DNA of 64,000 bases from Felis catus (Eukaryota). Positions 23,286-36,371 of the stretch are shown here, piece by piece. The stretch lies in the NCBI RefSeq assembly GCF_018350175.1, contig NC_058368.1, positions 85,624,001 to 85,688,000 on the forward strand, written 5' to 3'. Each line of letters starts with the position of its first letter. The first letter of the stretch is position 1. The translations under genes and the position numbers were made by a program. Below the pieces are notes generated by a model. The model searched no databases, was not told where the DNA came from, and was given only the letters and a program-made list of their open reading frames with translations.

Positions 23286-26200
23286 ATGACTCTAAACCCG
23301 TGTCTTTCTATAATAACACCGAATGTAAATGGATTAAATGCGCCAACCAAAAGACATAGGGTATCAGAATGGATAAAAAAACAAGACCCATCTATTTGCT
23401 GTCTACAAGAGACTCATTTTAGACCTGAGGACACCTTTAGATTGAGAGTGAGGGGATGGAGAACTATTTATCATGCTACTGGAAGCCAAAAGAAAGCTGG
23501 AGTAGCCATACTTATATCAGACAAACTAGACTTTAAATTAAAGACTGTAACAGGAGATGAAGAAGGACATTATATAATAGTTACAGGGTCTATCCATCAG
23601 GAAGAGCTAACAATTATAAATGTCTATGCGCCGAGTACCGGAGCCCCCAAATATATAAAACAATTACTCATAAACATAAGCAACCTTATTGATAAGAATG
23701 TGGTAATTGCAGGGGACTTTAACACCCCACTTACAGAAATGGATAGATCATCTAGACACACAGTCAATAAAGAAACAAAGGCCCTGAATGAGACATTGTG
23801 TCAGATGGACTTGACAGATATATTTAGAACTCTGCATCCCAAAGCAACAGAATATACTTTCTTCTCGAGTGCACATGGAACATTCTCCAAGATAGATCAC
23901 ATAATGGGTCACAAAACAGCCCTTCATAAGTTTACAAGAATTGAAATTATACCATGCATACTTTCAGACCACAATGCTATGAAGCTTGAAATCAACCACA
24001 GGAAAAAGTCTGGAAAACCTCCAAAAGCATGGAGGTTAAAGAACACCCTACTAACGAATGAATGGGTCAACCAGGCAATTAGAGAAGAAATTAAAAAATA
24101 TATGGAAACAAATGAAAATGAAAATACAACAATCCAAATGCTTTGGGATGCAGCGAAGGCAGTCCTGAGAGGAAAATACATTGCAAACCAGGCCTATCTC
24201 AAGAAACAAGAAAAATCCCAAATACAAAATCTAACAGCACACCTAAAGGAACTATAAGCAGAACAGCAAAGGCAGCCTAAACCCAGCAGAAGAAGAGAAA
24301 TAATAAAGATCAGAGCAGAAATAAAAAATATAGAATCTAAAAAAACTGCAGAGCAGATCAATGAAACCAAGAGTTGGTTTTTTGAAAAAATAAAATTGAC
24401 AAACCTCTAGCCAGGCTTCTCAAACGAAAAGGGAGATGACCCAAATAGACACAATCATGAATGAAAATGGAATTATTACAACCAATCCCTCAGAGATACA
24501 AACAATTATCAGGGAATACTATGAAAAATTATATGCCAACAAATTGGACAACCTGGAAGAAATGGACAAATTCCTGAACACCCACACTCTTCCAAAACTC
24601 AATCAGGAGGAAATAGAAAGCTTGAACAGACCCATAACCAGCGAAGAAATTGAATCGGTTGTCAAAAATCTCCCTACAAATAAGAGTCCAGGACCAGATG
24701 GCTTTCCAGGGGAGTTCTACCAGACGTTTAAAGCAGAGATAATACCTATCCTTCTCAAGCTATTCCAAGAAATAGAAAGGGAAGGAAAACTTCCAGACTC
24801 ATTCTATGAAGCCAGTATTACTTTGATTCCTAAACCAGACAGAGACCCAGTAAAAAAAGAGAACTACAGGCCAATATCCCTGATAAATATGGATGCAAAA
24901 ATTCTCAATAAGATACTAGCAAATCGAATTCAACCGCATATAAAAAGAATTATTCACCATGATCAAGTGGGATTCATTCCTGGGATGCAGGGCTGGTTCA
25001 ACATTCGCAAATCAATCAACCTGATACATCACATTAACAAAAAAAAAAAAGAGAAGAACCATATGATCCTGTCAATCGATGCAGAAAAGGCCTTTGACAA
25101 AATCCAGCACCCTTTCTTAATAAAAACCCTTGAGAAAGTCGGGATAGAAGGAACATACTTAAAGATCATAAAAGCCATTTATGAAAAGCCCACAGCTAAC
25201 ATCATCCTCAACGGGGAAAAACTGAGAGCTTTCTCCCTGAGATCAGGAACACGACAAGGATGCCCACTCTCACCGCTGCTGTTTAACATAGTGCTGGAAG
25301 TTCTAGCATCAGCAATCAGAGAACAAAAGGAAATCAAAGGCATCAAAATTGGCAAAGATGAAGTCAAGCTTTTACTTTTTGCAGATGACATGATACTATA
25401 CATGGAAAATCCGATAGACTCCACCAATAGTCTGCTAGAACTGATACAGGAATTCAGCAAAGTTGCAGGATACAAAATCAATGTACAGAAATCAGTTGCA
25501 TTCTTATACACTAACAATGAAGCAACAGAAAGACAAATAAAGAAACTGATCCCATTCACAATTGCACCAAGAAGCATAAAATACCTAGGAATAAATCTAA
25601 CCAAAGATGTAAAGGATCTGTATGCTGAAAACTATAGAAAGCTTATGAAGGTAATTGAAGGAGATATAAAGAAATGGAAAGACATTCCCTGCTCATGGAT
25701 TGGAAGAATAAATATTGTCAAAATGTCAATACTACCCAAAGCTATCTACACATTCAATGCAATCCCAATCAAAATTACACCAGCATTCTTCTCAAAACTA
25801 GAACAAGCAATCCTAAAATTCATATGGAACCACAAAAGGCACTGAATAGCCAAAGGAATTTTGAAGAAGACCAAAGCAGGAGGCATCACAATCCCAGACT
25901 TTAGCCTCCACTACAAAGCTGCCATCATCAAGACAGCATGGTATTGGCACAAAAACAGACACATAGACCAATGGAATAGAATAGAAACCCCAGAACTAGA
26001 CCCACAAACGTACGGCCAACTCATCTCTGACAAAGCAGGAAAGAACATCCAATGGAAAAAAGACAGTCTCTTTAACAAATGGTGCTGGGAGAACTGGGCA
26101 GCAACATCCAGCAGGTTGAAATTAGACCACTTTCTCACACCATTCACAAAAATAAACTCAAAATGGATAAAGGACCTGAATGTGAGACAGGAAACCATCA

Positions 26201-27103
26201 AAACCTTGGAGGAGAAAGCAGGAAAAGACCTCTCTGACCTCAGCCGTAGCAATCTCTTACTCGACACATCCCCAAAGGCAAGGGAATTAAAAGCAAAAGT
26301 GAATTACTGGGACCTTATGAAGATAAAAAGCTTCTGCACAGCAAAGGAAACAACCAACAAAACTAAAAGGCAACCAACGGAATGGGAAAAGATATTTGCA
26401 AATGACATATTGGACAAAGGGCTAGTATCCAAAATCTATAAAGAGCTCATCAAACTCCACACCTGAAAAACGAATAACCCAGTGAAGAAATGGGCAGAAA
26501 ACATGAATAGACACTTCTGTAAAGAAGACATCCGGATGGCCAACAGGCACATGGAAAGATGTTCAGCGTCGCTCCTTATCAGGGAAATACAAATCAAAAC
26601 CACACTCAGGTGTCACCTCACGCCAGTCAGAGTGGCCAAAATGAACAAATCAGGAGACTATAGATGCTGGAGAGGATGTGGAGAAACGGGAACCCTCTTG
26701 CCCTGTTGGTGGGAATGCAAATTGGTGCAGCCGTCTGGAAAGCAGTGTGGAGGTTCCTCAGAAAATTAAAAATAGACCTACCCTATGACCCAGCAATAGC
26801 ACTGCTAGGAATTTATCCAAGGGATACAGGAGTACTGATGCATAGGGCCACTTGTACCCCAATGTTCATAGCAGCACTCTCAACAATAGCCAAATTATGG
26901 AAAGAGCCTAAATGTCCATCAACTGATGAATGGATAAAGAAATTGTGGTTTATATACACAATGGAATACTACGTGGCAATGAGAAAAAATGAAATATGGC
27001 CTTTTGTAGCAATGTGGATGGAGTGGAGAGTGTGATGCTAAGTGAAATAAGCCATACAGAGAAAGACAGATACCATATGGTTTCACTCTTAAGTGGATCC
27101 TGA
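23286..27103 (+). pseudogene. L1 ORF2p (endonuclease/reverse transcriptase), disrupted
   Basis: NVNGLN, CLQETH, GDFN and SDH endonuclease motifs; QGCPLSP and FADD RT motifs; C-terminal cysteine-rich region. Stops end at 24257, 25845 and 26466, plus frameshifts. Confidence 0.96.
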
Positions 27104-27403
27104 GAAACTTAACAGGAACCCATGGGGGAGGGGAAGGAAAAAAAAAAAAAAAGAGGTTAGAGTGGGAGAGAGCCAAAGCATAAGAGACTGTTAAAAACTG
27201 AGAACAAACTGAGGGTTGATGGGGGGTGGGAGGGAGGAGAGGGTGGGTGATGGGTATTGAGGAGGGCACCTTTTGGGATGATGACTGGGTGTTGTATGGA
27301 AACCAATTTGACAATAAATTTCATATATAAAATTAAAAAAAAGTGCAGTTTGTCAGTATAAAGACAAAATAAAGCAATAAATCAAAATTAGAGAATAAAA
27401 TTT

Positions 27404-27407
<4 letters not shown>

Positions 27408-27438
<31 letters not shown>
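27408..27438. repeat. Poly(T) tract of about 31 nt
   Basis: Directly visible. Confidence 0.9.
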
Positions 27439-27440
<2 letters not shown>

Positions 27441-30123
27441 CATCACTGAGGGCCTGGTTCTAATTACCGAAAGTTTAGGCAATTGAAGAGATCACTAATG
27501 TAGAACAGTTGATGAATCAGTGATATAAAGTACAGATTTTTATTAACATCTCAATGGACAAAATCAATGGTACCAGTTGCAGAGGCCAAAAGGGGGGCAT
27601 TTTGTTTGTACTTCCTTCTCCATTACCTCCCACTCCACCTTCCACATTGAATTCTTCATTAAGGTTTCTTGATTCTAGCTCCATGGTAGGTTTCATGTTC
27701 CCTCAAGCCCTTCTAACCAACTTCCACCATTCATCACCTTTTGGAATCTTACCCACTGTGGAAGACCCCTTGCTGGTCTCCCAATGCCCACTCCTGAACA
27801 CATCAATGGATTTTCAAATACAGTCTTTTTAAAATGCTAGCCTTATAACTTCTAGGTTAAATACCTACTCACTCAAAATTCCTCAGTTTCTTTCACCACT
27901 CATAGGATGAATATTGAATTCTAAAAGTGACAGTGTCTTCTGTCTACTTCCTCAGTTGTACTTTCTCTTTGTTTTTTGACACCATATTACTTTAATAATT
28001 TATATTCTTGTTTTAATGTTAGGCACATGAAGAAAAGAATACGTGCTTTTTACTTACCTATGTATTATTATTGTAAAGCACAATTTCTTTGATACAAAGA
28101 GCTTTAATAAATAAATGTAGGTTGTTATTGATGATGATCAGGAGGAGGAGGAAGACAACAATGATGACAAATGCATTTTCCCATCAGGATATATCAAACA
28201 TGAGTAACCTACCTTTGTTAACTATAGATAAATGCTTTCATTCTTTCATGTATTACCTTAATTTTTTTAATATAGTGAAACTGTTTGTTGACATTCCTTG
28301 TGTAATGAATTCAAGTTTTTCTTTTCTCCAAAGAAGTATTAATTCAATTCTTGGAAAATGAGTTGAAAATAATTATTGGAAATGTAGTAAATATAGGTAT
28401 AGTGGTTTCAGGTTTGGGTTAATTTGTAGTACTTCTGATTTCAATCAGGATGGGTTTATGTTATATAGACCCATTCAGAGTACTTTTACATTTGATCAAC
28501 AGCTTTCCTTAAATGAGAGTATTTGTCACACAGAAAATCTAAATCTGAATAGGATTTCAAAGTCAAATAAAGCAGGGGCAATATTGCAAACACTATAATG
28601 TGGCATGTGGCTTCTAGGCTATGAATCTCAGAGGCAAAATGAATTCACAGACTTTACATAGGATTTCCTTCTTCCATTAAATGCCAATTTATCCAGGATT
28701 TTTTTTCTCATTAAAGACACCATTAGACTCATACAGTAACTAAGTAATATACATAATTGGTGACTTAAAAGACTAACCATGAACTAGGAAATAAGTAAGC
28801 ATGTACAGACTTTTGAGATCTGTTTATTTAGCTGAGTGTATATCTCAGAGTAGATCCCCCCATAGCTTTTTTTTTCTTTTTTACCACTAACCATATAATC
28901 TGTTCTCTACCTTCAAGAAAATAACATTTTAGAAATAAAAATCTTATCACTGCACCCTTTTTTTTTGTTTAGCATTTTTATGATTTCCTGATTTTCTTGG
29001 ATAATATTCAAAATTCTGTTTCTTGGACAGCATTCAAAATTCTTAGATTGGTAAATAGATGTTACATTTCCCAGTTTTTGTCTACCCATACCCTTGTGTG
29101 GGTTTTCTGAACCACAAACACCTGGCTAATTTTGTCTCCTCTAATGAATCATGTGCTCACCGCCCTCCCCACCCCCCACCCAGAGTTTAGCGCATTTTGT
29201 GCTTTCTGCTGTATACATGCTAATCCTCTCTTTGATCTACCTTTCCTCTTCATTACCACTAGACTTTTTCTGCATTGAGTTTCTTTAGCAAATCCACAGC
29301 CCCATAAGTTAAATCTCACTATTGCCTGTGTTCATGGCATCATGAACCCTCTTCCGTGACACTTATTAGAATATTTATTTTACATTTATTATTTAAATAT
29401 GGAATTTTCATCTGTCCTAAGTTGGCAACTTCCATAATGAAAGAGAGTTTTTGTTTTGTTTTGTTTTGTTTTGTTTTGTTTTTCTGATTGCTTTTTAAGC
29501 ACTGGCTATAAAATAGGTAGTTAATTACTATATGTGCAAATTGTGACTATGCTCAATGAATGGGGCAAATTTAAGACCTGAGTTCCAGCACTCAACAGCA
29601 CAAGTTGAAGCATCTTGCTCTTCTCCATTTATGCCTAAATCTTTCCCTGTCTGAGGAATTTTTATATTCACTTTTTAAAAAGATACTTTAAAAGCAAAAG
29701 ATATTTTAGCTGTTTCTAAATATTTTTAGGCCTGGATTTTGTTTTTTGTTTTTTTTTTTTTGTTGTTGTTGTTGTTTTTTTTAATGAAGAAAGAACATGA
29801 AGTGTGGAATGTTCAAACACAACTTCATTCAAAAACAGATATAACTTATCATTCTCTTTTTTCTTATTTTCCTTACATAAAGAAATAAGCAAAAGTATGT
29901 TAGAACATTTCTTGCTATACCTATTAGTTGAAAATGTGTCCCAGAACATGGTCCTTATTTGAAAACAGAGACCCTGAGACCAAAGATTTGATGAACCAGT
30001 ATCTCTGACAAGTAGAGAGACAGTTAATTTCTGAAAATAATAATAGCACAAGCTAAAAAATATATTATTGACATGTAAATGTGTTTATAAAGATATAAAC
30101 CAGGATGTTAAAAGGGTCACTTT

Positions 30124-30332
30124 TGGAAGCACCTGGGTAGCTCATTCTGTTAAGTGTTCGACTTTGTCTCAGGTCATGATCTCATGTTCCTTGAGTTTGA
30201 GCCTTGTGTTGGACTCTGTGCTGGCAACATGGAGCCTGGAGCTTGCTTGGATTGTGTCTCCTCTCTATGCTACCTCCCACTTGTGCTGTCTTCTCTCTCT
30301 CTCAATAAATAAATAAATAAATAAATAAATAA
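30124..30332 (+). mobile_element. Can-SINE (diverged)
   Basis: Head ggaagcacctgggtagctc, (TAAA)n tail, degenerate TSD aaaaggg...ctttt. Confidence 0.88.
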
Positions 30333-32519
30333 AAGGGACTCTTTTAGATGAGGTCTGAAAGTTGAAAAAATAGATGCCAAAGACCTACAAATTCTACCCA
30401 TTCTTTCCAGGATAAGAGGGAAGTCTGAAACTGGCCTTCAGATCCTCATTTTATCACAAGATCATTTATAATACTTAGAAGCTGATAGGAAGAAAATGAA
30501 GGAGAAAAAAAAAAGGTAATGAGAAATGATTTCCTCAGAGGAATGGTTTGCTTTACCTTACCTTGCATTAAGGAGGCGGTAGCTTTACTCAGCTAAAGCA
30601 GTAGATACCTTATTTGAACAGCCATAAAAACTCAAGATATGTGTCTTGGAGTTTTAGAAATAAGTGGGTAGTTTCCTGATCCACACCTTAAATGTTCCAA
30701 ACCATAAGCTATTTAGTCATACAGTCTTGGAAACCTCCCACATATATCTTAACATTAATCTGAACTTATTGCAGATTTGTCTTCCAGAATGAACTCTACA
30801 TGGGTGCAGACTTAGGATCAATTGCAATTCCCATGGTTTTTTCCTCAATTACATCATAATAACTCATTGTTTTGAGTATTTCAGAGAAGAGTCAGCAAAT
30901 ATCTTCACAAGGACTTTCTGAGAAGTTTCTTATGCAGATAATAATATAGCATGTTTCTTGAACAGTACCAAACTCATTTAACTAAGAACATTTTCAAAAT
31001 AGCTATTTGTTAAACATTTGACCAAATGTGACTATAGGACACTCATTTATATGTGCCTTTACATGATTCATAGGATAACTTGGAAATCATGAGGCTTATG
31101 CAAGAAACAACCTTATTAATCTTATTATTACCTTTTCAAATGAATTTCCCAGTATTATATTTTCCATGTAGATTTTTAGTGTTAAAGTGTCCAGGCCATG
31201 AAATGCCCTTTGTCTCTTCTGCCTCAGTTCTTCTACCTCCTCTCATTTCCCATGAACCTTGCGGTTCCTCCAAAAAAGCGAACTAAAGATAGGACAGAGT
31301 GTGTGTTTGTGGAAAGGAAGGAAAAAAAAAAAAACTTGTCTCACATGAGGATCATCTGTGTGCTTAGATGCTCAAATTCTCACTTTTTCTTTGTGGAGAA
31401 TTTGTTGGATTCCTCAAGGTCCTCCCTCCCAATTCCCTTTTAATCCTTTCATGGAAGTGTGAATACTTAGTAACTCTCTTAGCAACTCCTCCCTCCACAT
31501 GATTGTCCTGAGGTCACATGGAATCTAACTGGAAGTCTCATGGGAAAGTCCATTTCTAGGCCACTCCAGGACAAGATTCTTCACCTTGCCTCACTTGGCC
31601 CAGAGGTGTATGGCCAAAGATATGAGGTTCAGACCTAAATAAGATGAAGTAAATATAAGAGACTAATTTAGATATAAGTGATTCTGTAAAAAATAGGTAT
31701 TATGTGATCTTTAAACACTAGACCAGGAAAGAAAATAGAGCTCATGTTCTCTTTTCCTACAAAATCTAGAAAAAACAAGAAAGGAAACAAACAGAAAAAG
31801 AAAAAAAATCTTTAAAAATCAGTTTTTCCACTCAACATATATTTGTTGATTAGCCACCCTTAGCTCTACATTGATCAGGTTCCCTCAGTAAAGGAGGACA
31901 CATAACTCTGACCTACCACAAGCACAGAGCACCTTGCACATCAATAATGAGAGAATGCATGGCTGTGATATTCCATAGAGTACTCAGATCCCTCTCTGAA
32001 CTAGTGAGAATTCACCAGTTCCCACAGGAAAAGGAGAGTTATTTGGGAAATGATCAAAGAAATAAAATATTTCAGGAATAGGGATAAGCAAGTGTAAAGA
32101 TACAGAGATCAAATTACTATAAAAACATTCTCCTAAGTAACAAGGTCAATAGTTAAAAAACAAAATCAAAACAACAAAAAATAATATCAAAACAGTATAT
32201 CAAATCATATGCATACGATATTTGAACAATTTTACATATCATATAGAAAAATGTAAAGGCTTAATAGACCCAAATATCGGTGGTGATATATTTGGTTGGC
32301 ATCATATATAAAATACAAATTAGCATTAATTATTATTTAGTAATAAAGTCAGTCATTAGAAGAATCCAAAGTAAAGATCAAAATTTAGGTATTGACTTGA
32401 TTTTAGAAATAATAGTAGAAAAAATCTTGAAGTAGTATCTGAATATTTTAATGGGACATTAAAAAATAAAACATCAAAATAACAGGGAAATATTTCAATA
32501 TGGCACAGTATGACTATTT

Positions 32520-32721
32520 AATGTTTATTTATTTTTGACAGAGAGAGAGTCAGAGCATGAGTGAGGGAGGGGTAGAGAGAAAGGGAGACACAGAATCCAA
32601 AGCAGGCTCCAGGCTCTGAGCTGTCAGCACAGAGCCTGACACAGGGATTGAACTCACAGACTATGAGATCATGACCTGAGCTGAAGTCGGACGCTCAACA
32701 GACTGAGCCACCCAGGTGCCC
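32520..32721 (-). mobile_element. Can-SINE
   Basis: TSD CAGT(A/G)TGACTATTT at 32506-32519 and 32723-32736. Confidence 0.95.
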
Positions 32722-32797
32722 GCAGTGTGACTATTTTAAAATGAACATTGGTTACACAACCTATAATTTAAAATGTTACAAAGTACAACATAGTTTT

Positions 32798-33025
32798 GGG
32801 GTGCCTGGGTGGCTCAGTCGGTTGGGCGTCCGACTTCAGCTCAGGTCACAATCTCGCAGTCCGTGAGTCGTGAGTTCGAGCTCCGCGTCGGGCTCTGGGC
32901 TGATGGCTCAGAGCCTGGAGCCTGCTTCGGATTCTGTGTCTCTCTCTCTCTCTGCCCCTCCCCCCCTTCCCCGTTCATGCTCTGTCTCTGTCTCAAAAAT
33001 AAATAAATGTTAAAAAAATTTAAAA
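32798..33025 (+). mobile_element. Can-SINE (CpG-rich, probably young)
   Basis: TSD AAGTACAACATAGTTT on both sides. Confidence 0.95.
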
Positions 33026-34349
33026 AAAAGTACAACATAGTTTCAACTTATAACTAATCATCTATAAGGAGACGGTTTAAAAGAATTTATGCTTTATGAT
33101 ATAGAAATCAATTGCTAATAATTATTGGTGGATCAAATATATTTGTAATGATAAATTTGCCTCTAAAATATAAACAAATACTACTCACCTTCTGTTTAAG
33201 TACGATTTCAGTGTAAAAACAAAATATATAATAAAGATTTCAACAAAATATATATGGAAGAATTTCTAGAGAAACAGACTTTAATCAAATCTTTCAAACT
33301 GTAACTTGGTAACATTTTAGCCAAGTAGTGAAAATAAGAGCTAGAGAAAAGAAAAAAAGGAAGCAGGCGTTGTGTCCATCATCTCAAAAAGGTAATTTCT
33401 AAGAGACTCCAGTGTATCATCAAATATGCACATAACTCCATCATCTACAGTCTCCTTTCTCCAAGAACTAAGTCAGTCCATGTCACTCCATCTGCTGAAT
33501 GTGTGGATCTCATCATAGGGATTCCCTAAACAAAGTTCATCCAGATCACATATGGGGACCAAATTTCAAGAGATTGGGACAGGATCAGAGAATCGTTGAG
33601 AGGGGACATATCCAGAGTCCAGAATAATCTTCAGTAGCCAATTAGTCTTCATTGCTCATCCTAAGAAGAAATCCTGGGCATTGAAAGACATAATTTTTCT
33701 CCAATGCTTAATAAGGGGCATAGACTGATGACAATACAAACACCAGTTCATATCTTGGACATTGGTATGTAGCACATGAGGAAAGATTTTAAACTTTGAG
33801 GGGTCAGAGAAAGTTAGAAAGAATCCTCAAGACATAAGGAAGTTTTGAAAATGCAGAAGTGAAAAAAAAGTTCTTTAAATGCATTTTACATAAGCTTCCT
33901 TTTCTCAATTCCAATGAAAGTGGGAAAACAGGTAAAATACACACTGCAAACTAACCAACAAAAAGTGAGAATAGCTAACATTAGTAAAGATTTGGATGGT
34001 GGGCCAGGTTGTGCTCTGCATTGAAATGTAGCACCATGTGCTTTTTCAGAATTTCTGGTGGGGTTACTGCAGACCTTCCTTTAGTATATTGTCCAGGTAT
34101 TAACCAGCTTCTGTGCTCTGTAGAATCAAAGCAATATTTGCAAACTTCAAAGCAATATTTGAAAACTTCAAGGGATTATACACGTAATGATCCAACAGAG
34201 CACATGGACACTTGAACAACCTATGACTTAATTAAGACAAAAGGGAAGGAAATGTACAATCCCAAATTCCAAATTGCTATTCATTTCCTTATGTATTTGC
34301 TGACATTTTTTTCCCTCTTAAACCTTTCCTTCAAAAAAAATGCCTGACA

Positions 34350-34562
34350 GGGGCGCCTGGGTGGCTCAGTCGGTTGAGCGTCTGACTTCAGCTCAGGTCA
34401 GGATCTCGTGGTCTGTGAGTTACAGCCCCATGTTGGGCTCTGTGCAGATAGCTCAGAGCCTGGAGTCTGCTTTGGATTCTGTGTCTCCCTCTCTCTCTGC
34501 CCCTCCCCCGCTCATGCTCTGTCTCTCTCTCTGTCAAAAATAAATAAACATTAAAAAATTTT
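34350..34562 (+). mobile_element. Can-SINE
   Basis: TSD AAAAAATGCCTGAC on both sides. Lies about 50-70 bp from the 34630 micro-exon donor. Confidence 0.95.
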
Positions 34563-34629
34563 AAAAAATGCCTGACCTTTTGATATTGTGATCAATCTGA
34601 TAAAAATAGGGAAATAAAGAATGACTTAC

Positions 34630-34650
34630 CATATTCTTCCTGGAGTTTAC
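34630..34650 (-). CDS. 21-nt heptad micro-exon (GKLQEEY)
   Basis: Minus strand reads tgtgtttttcttcttaaag|GTAAACTCCAGGAAGAATATG|gtaagt, encoding a KLQEE coiled-coil-type heptad. Confidence 0.75.
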
Positions 34651-35189
34651 CTTTAAGAAGAAAAACACAAATAAGTTAGAGTGTGAAACTAAAAATTCTG
34701 ACAATTCATTGCTCTGTGAAGGTGGTGCAGCACATTACAGATGGAATTTGGAAACTATATATTTTGTGTGTGTGAGCAAAGTGTTGTGCAGCTGGAGAAC
34801 AAATAAATATAATTTTCACCCCCATAGAGCTTCTTGACAGAGTTGTGAGAACCTGTACCATGATTCAGAGAGCTCTGAGTTATGAGCCTCCAACATCATG
34901 AAGGGTGATATTCTCTAGAGAACAATGTGACCTGTTGGGTGAGCATTTACTAGTTCTGAGCTGTCCTTTATTAAAATATCCCCAAAACACATCACTGTAA
35001 CAAGTATTAGCCACATTCTTTTAAACATTTTCAACCTGCTTGAATAATAATCTCTCTGACACCAGTAATTAAAGATATGAAAACTCATTCAAGGAGAATG
35101 AGAGTAAAATATATATCTCCAAAATCATATCTCTATGTTCAGAAGAGTGCTAAATGCTATTATCTTAAACCCTCACTCACCCAGCAAGA

Positions 35190-36335
35190 TTTTTTTTAAT
35201 TGTAGAATAATTGACATGATTTACTTTATTAGTTTCCACTGCACAATGTCATGATCCAGTGTTTATATATTTTATGAAAACTTTAGCAAAATGAGTCTAA
35301 TTATTATTTATCACCATACAAAGCTGATACAGTACTTTTTACTATATTCCTTATGGTGTACATAACATACTCATGTTGTATTTATTTTGTAACTGGAAGA
35401 TGGTATCTTTTAATCCCCTTGACCTGTTTCATCTTGACCTATTTCCCCCACTTACATACCGTATAACAACCAACAATTTGTTCTCTGTACCAGAAACAGG
35501 TTCTGTTTTATTTTGTTTGTTAATTTGTTTTAATTTTTAGATTCTACATGTAAGTGAAAACATATTTTATTTGACTTTCTTCATCTTACTTATTTAACTT
35601 AGCATAGTACCATCTAGGTACACCCATGTTGTTTCAAATGTCAAATGTCATTCTTTTTTATGCCTAATATTCCTCTCTACAGTTACAATATGTACTACAT
35701 TTTCTTATCCATTCAACTATAATTGGACATTTATGTTAATTCCATATCTTGGCCATGTAGGTAATGTTGTGATAAACATAAGAGTGCTAATGTCTTTTTA
35801 AGTTAATGTTTTCATTTTATTCAGATAAATATCTAATACTGGAATTACTGTATAATATGGTAATTCTATCTTTTTTTTGATGAACCTCAAACTGTTTTAA
35901 AACATGGCTGCACCAATTTATATTCCCACCAACAATTCCCAGTATTTCCTTTCCACATCATTGCTATTTGTTGTTTCCTTTTTTTCTTTAATAAAGAGGA
36001 ATAACTTTCCTCTTACACCTTCATTTTATTGTGATATAATTGACATACAACATTGTGTGAATTTAAGGTGTACAAAATAATGATTAGCTATAATATACAA
36101 TGAAAAAAAATTATCAAAATAAGTCTATTTGACATCCATAACCTTCTATACTTATAATTTTTTTCTTGTAATTATAACTTTTAAGATCTTGTGATCAGAA
36201 CTTTTAAGATACACTCTCTTAGCAACTTCCAAATATGTGACACGTGTTGTTAAATATAGTCACCATGCTATATGTGACATCCCCAGAACTTATTTATAAC
36301 TGGAGGTTTATACCTTTTGACCACCTTCATAACAT
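35190..36335 (-). mobile_element. Old L1 3'-end fragments
   Basis: L1MA-like 3' UTR phrases (aattgacat...ttagattctacatgtaagtga...cttagcatagt). Confidence 0.7.
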
Positions 36336-36371
36336 ATCAATAAATGAATTCCAATCATAAGTGAATGACTA

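Larger units (their letters stand above)
21415..27338 (+). mobile_element. Full-length felid L1 (about 5.9 kb), inactivated
   Basis: CpG-rich 5' UTR, ORF1, ORF2, G-rich 3' UTR, AATAAA and a short A tail. Perfect 15-bp TSD AAAAGTGCAGTTTGT at 21400-21414 and 27339-27353. Confidence 0.98.

Noticed and set aside
27215..27270. G-quadruplex-like tract
   Set aside because: An ordinary part of the L1 3' UTR, not specific to this locus.
30562..30582. 21-nt AG/GT-bounded segment on minus (xTASLMQ)
   Set aside because: There is no pyrimidine tract before the AG (ctgagtaaag) and the peptide is unlike the other heptads. It cannot be excluded but is not supported.
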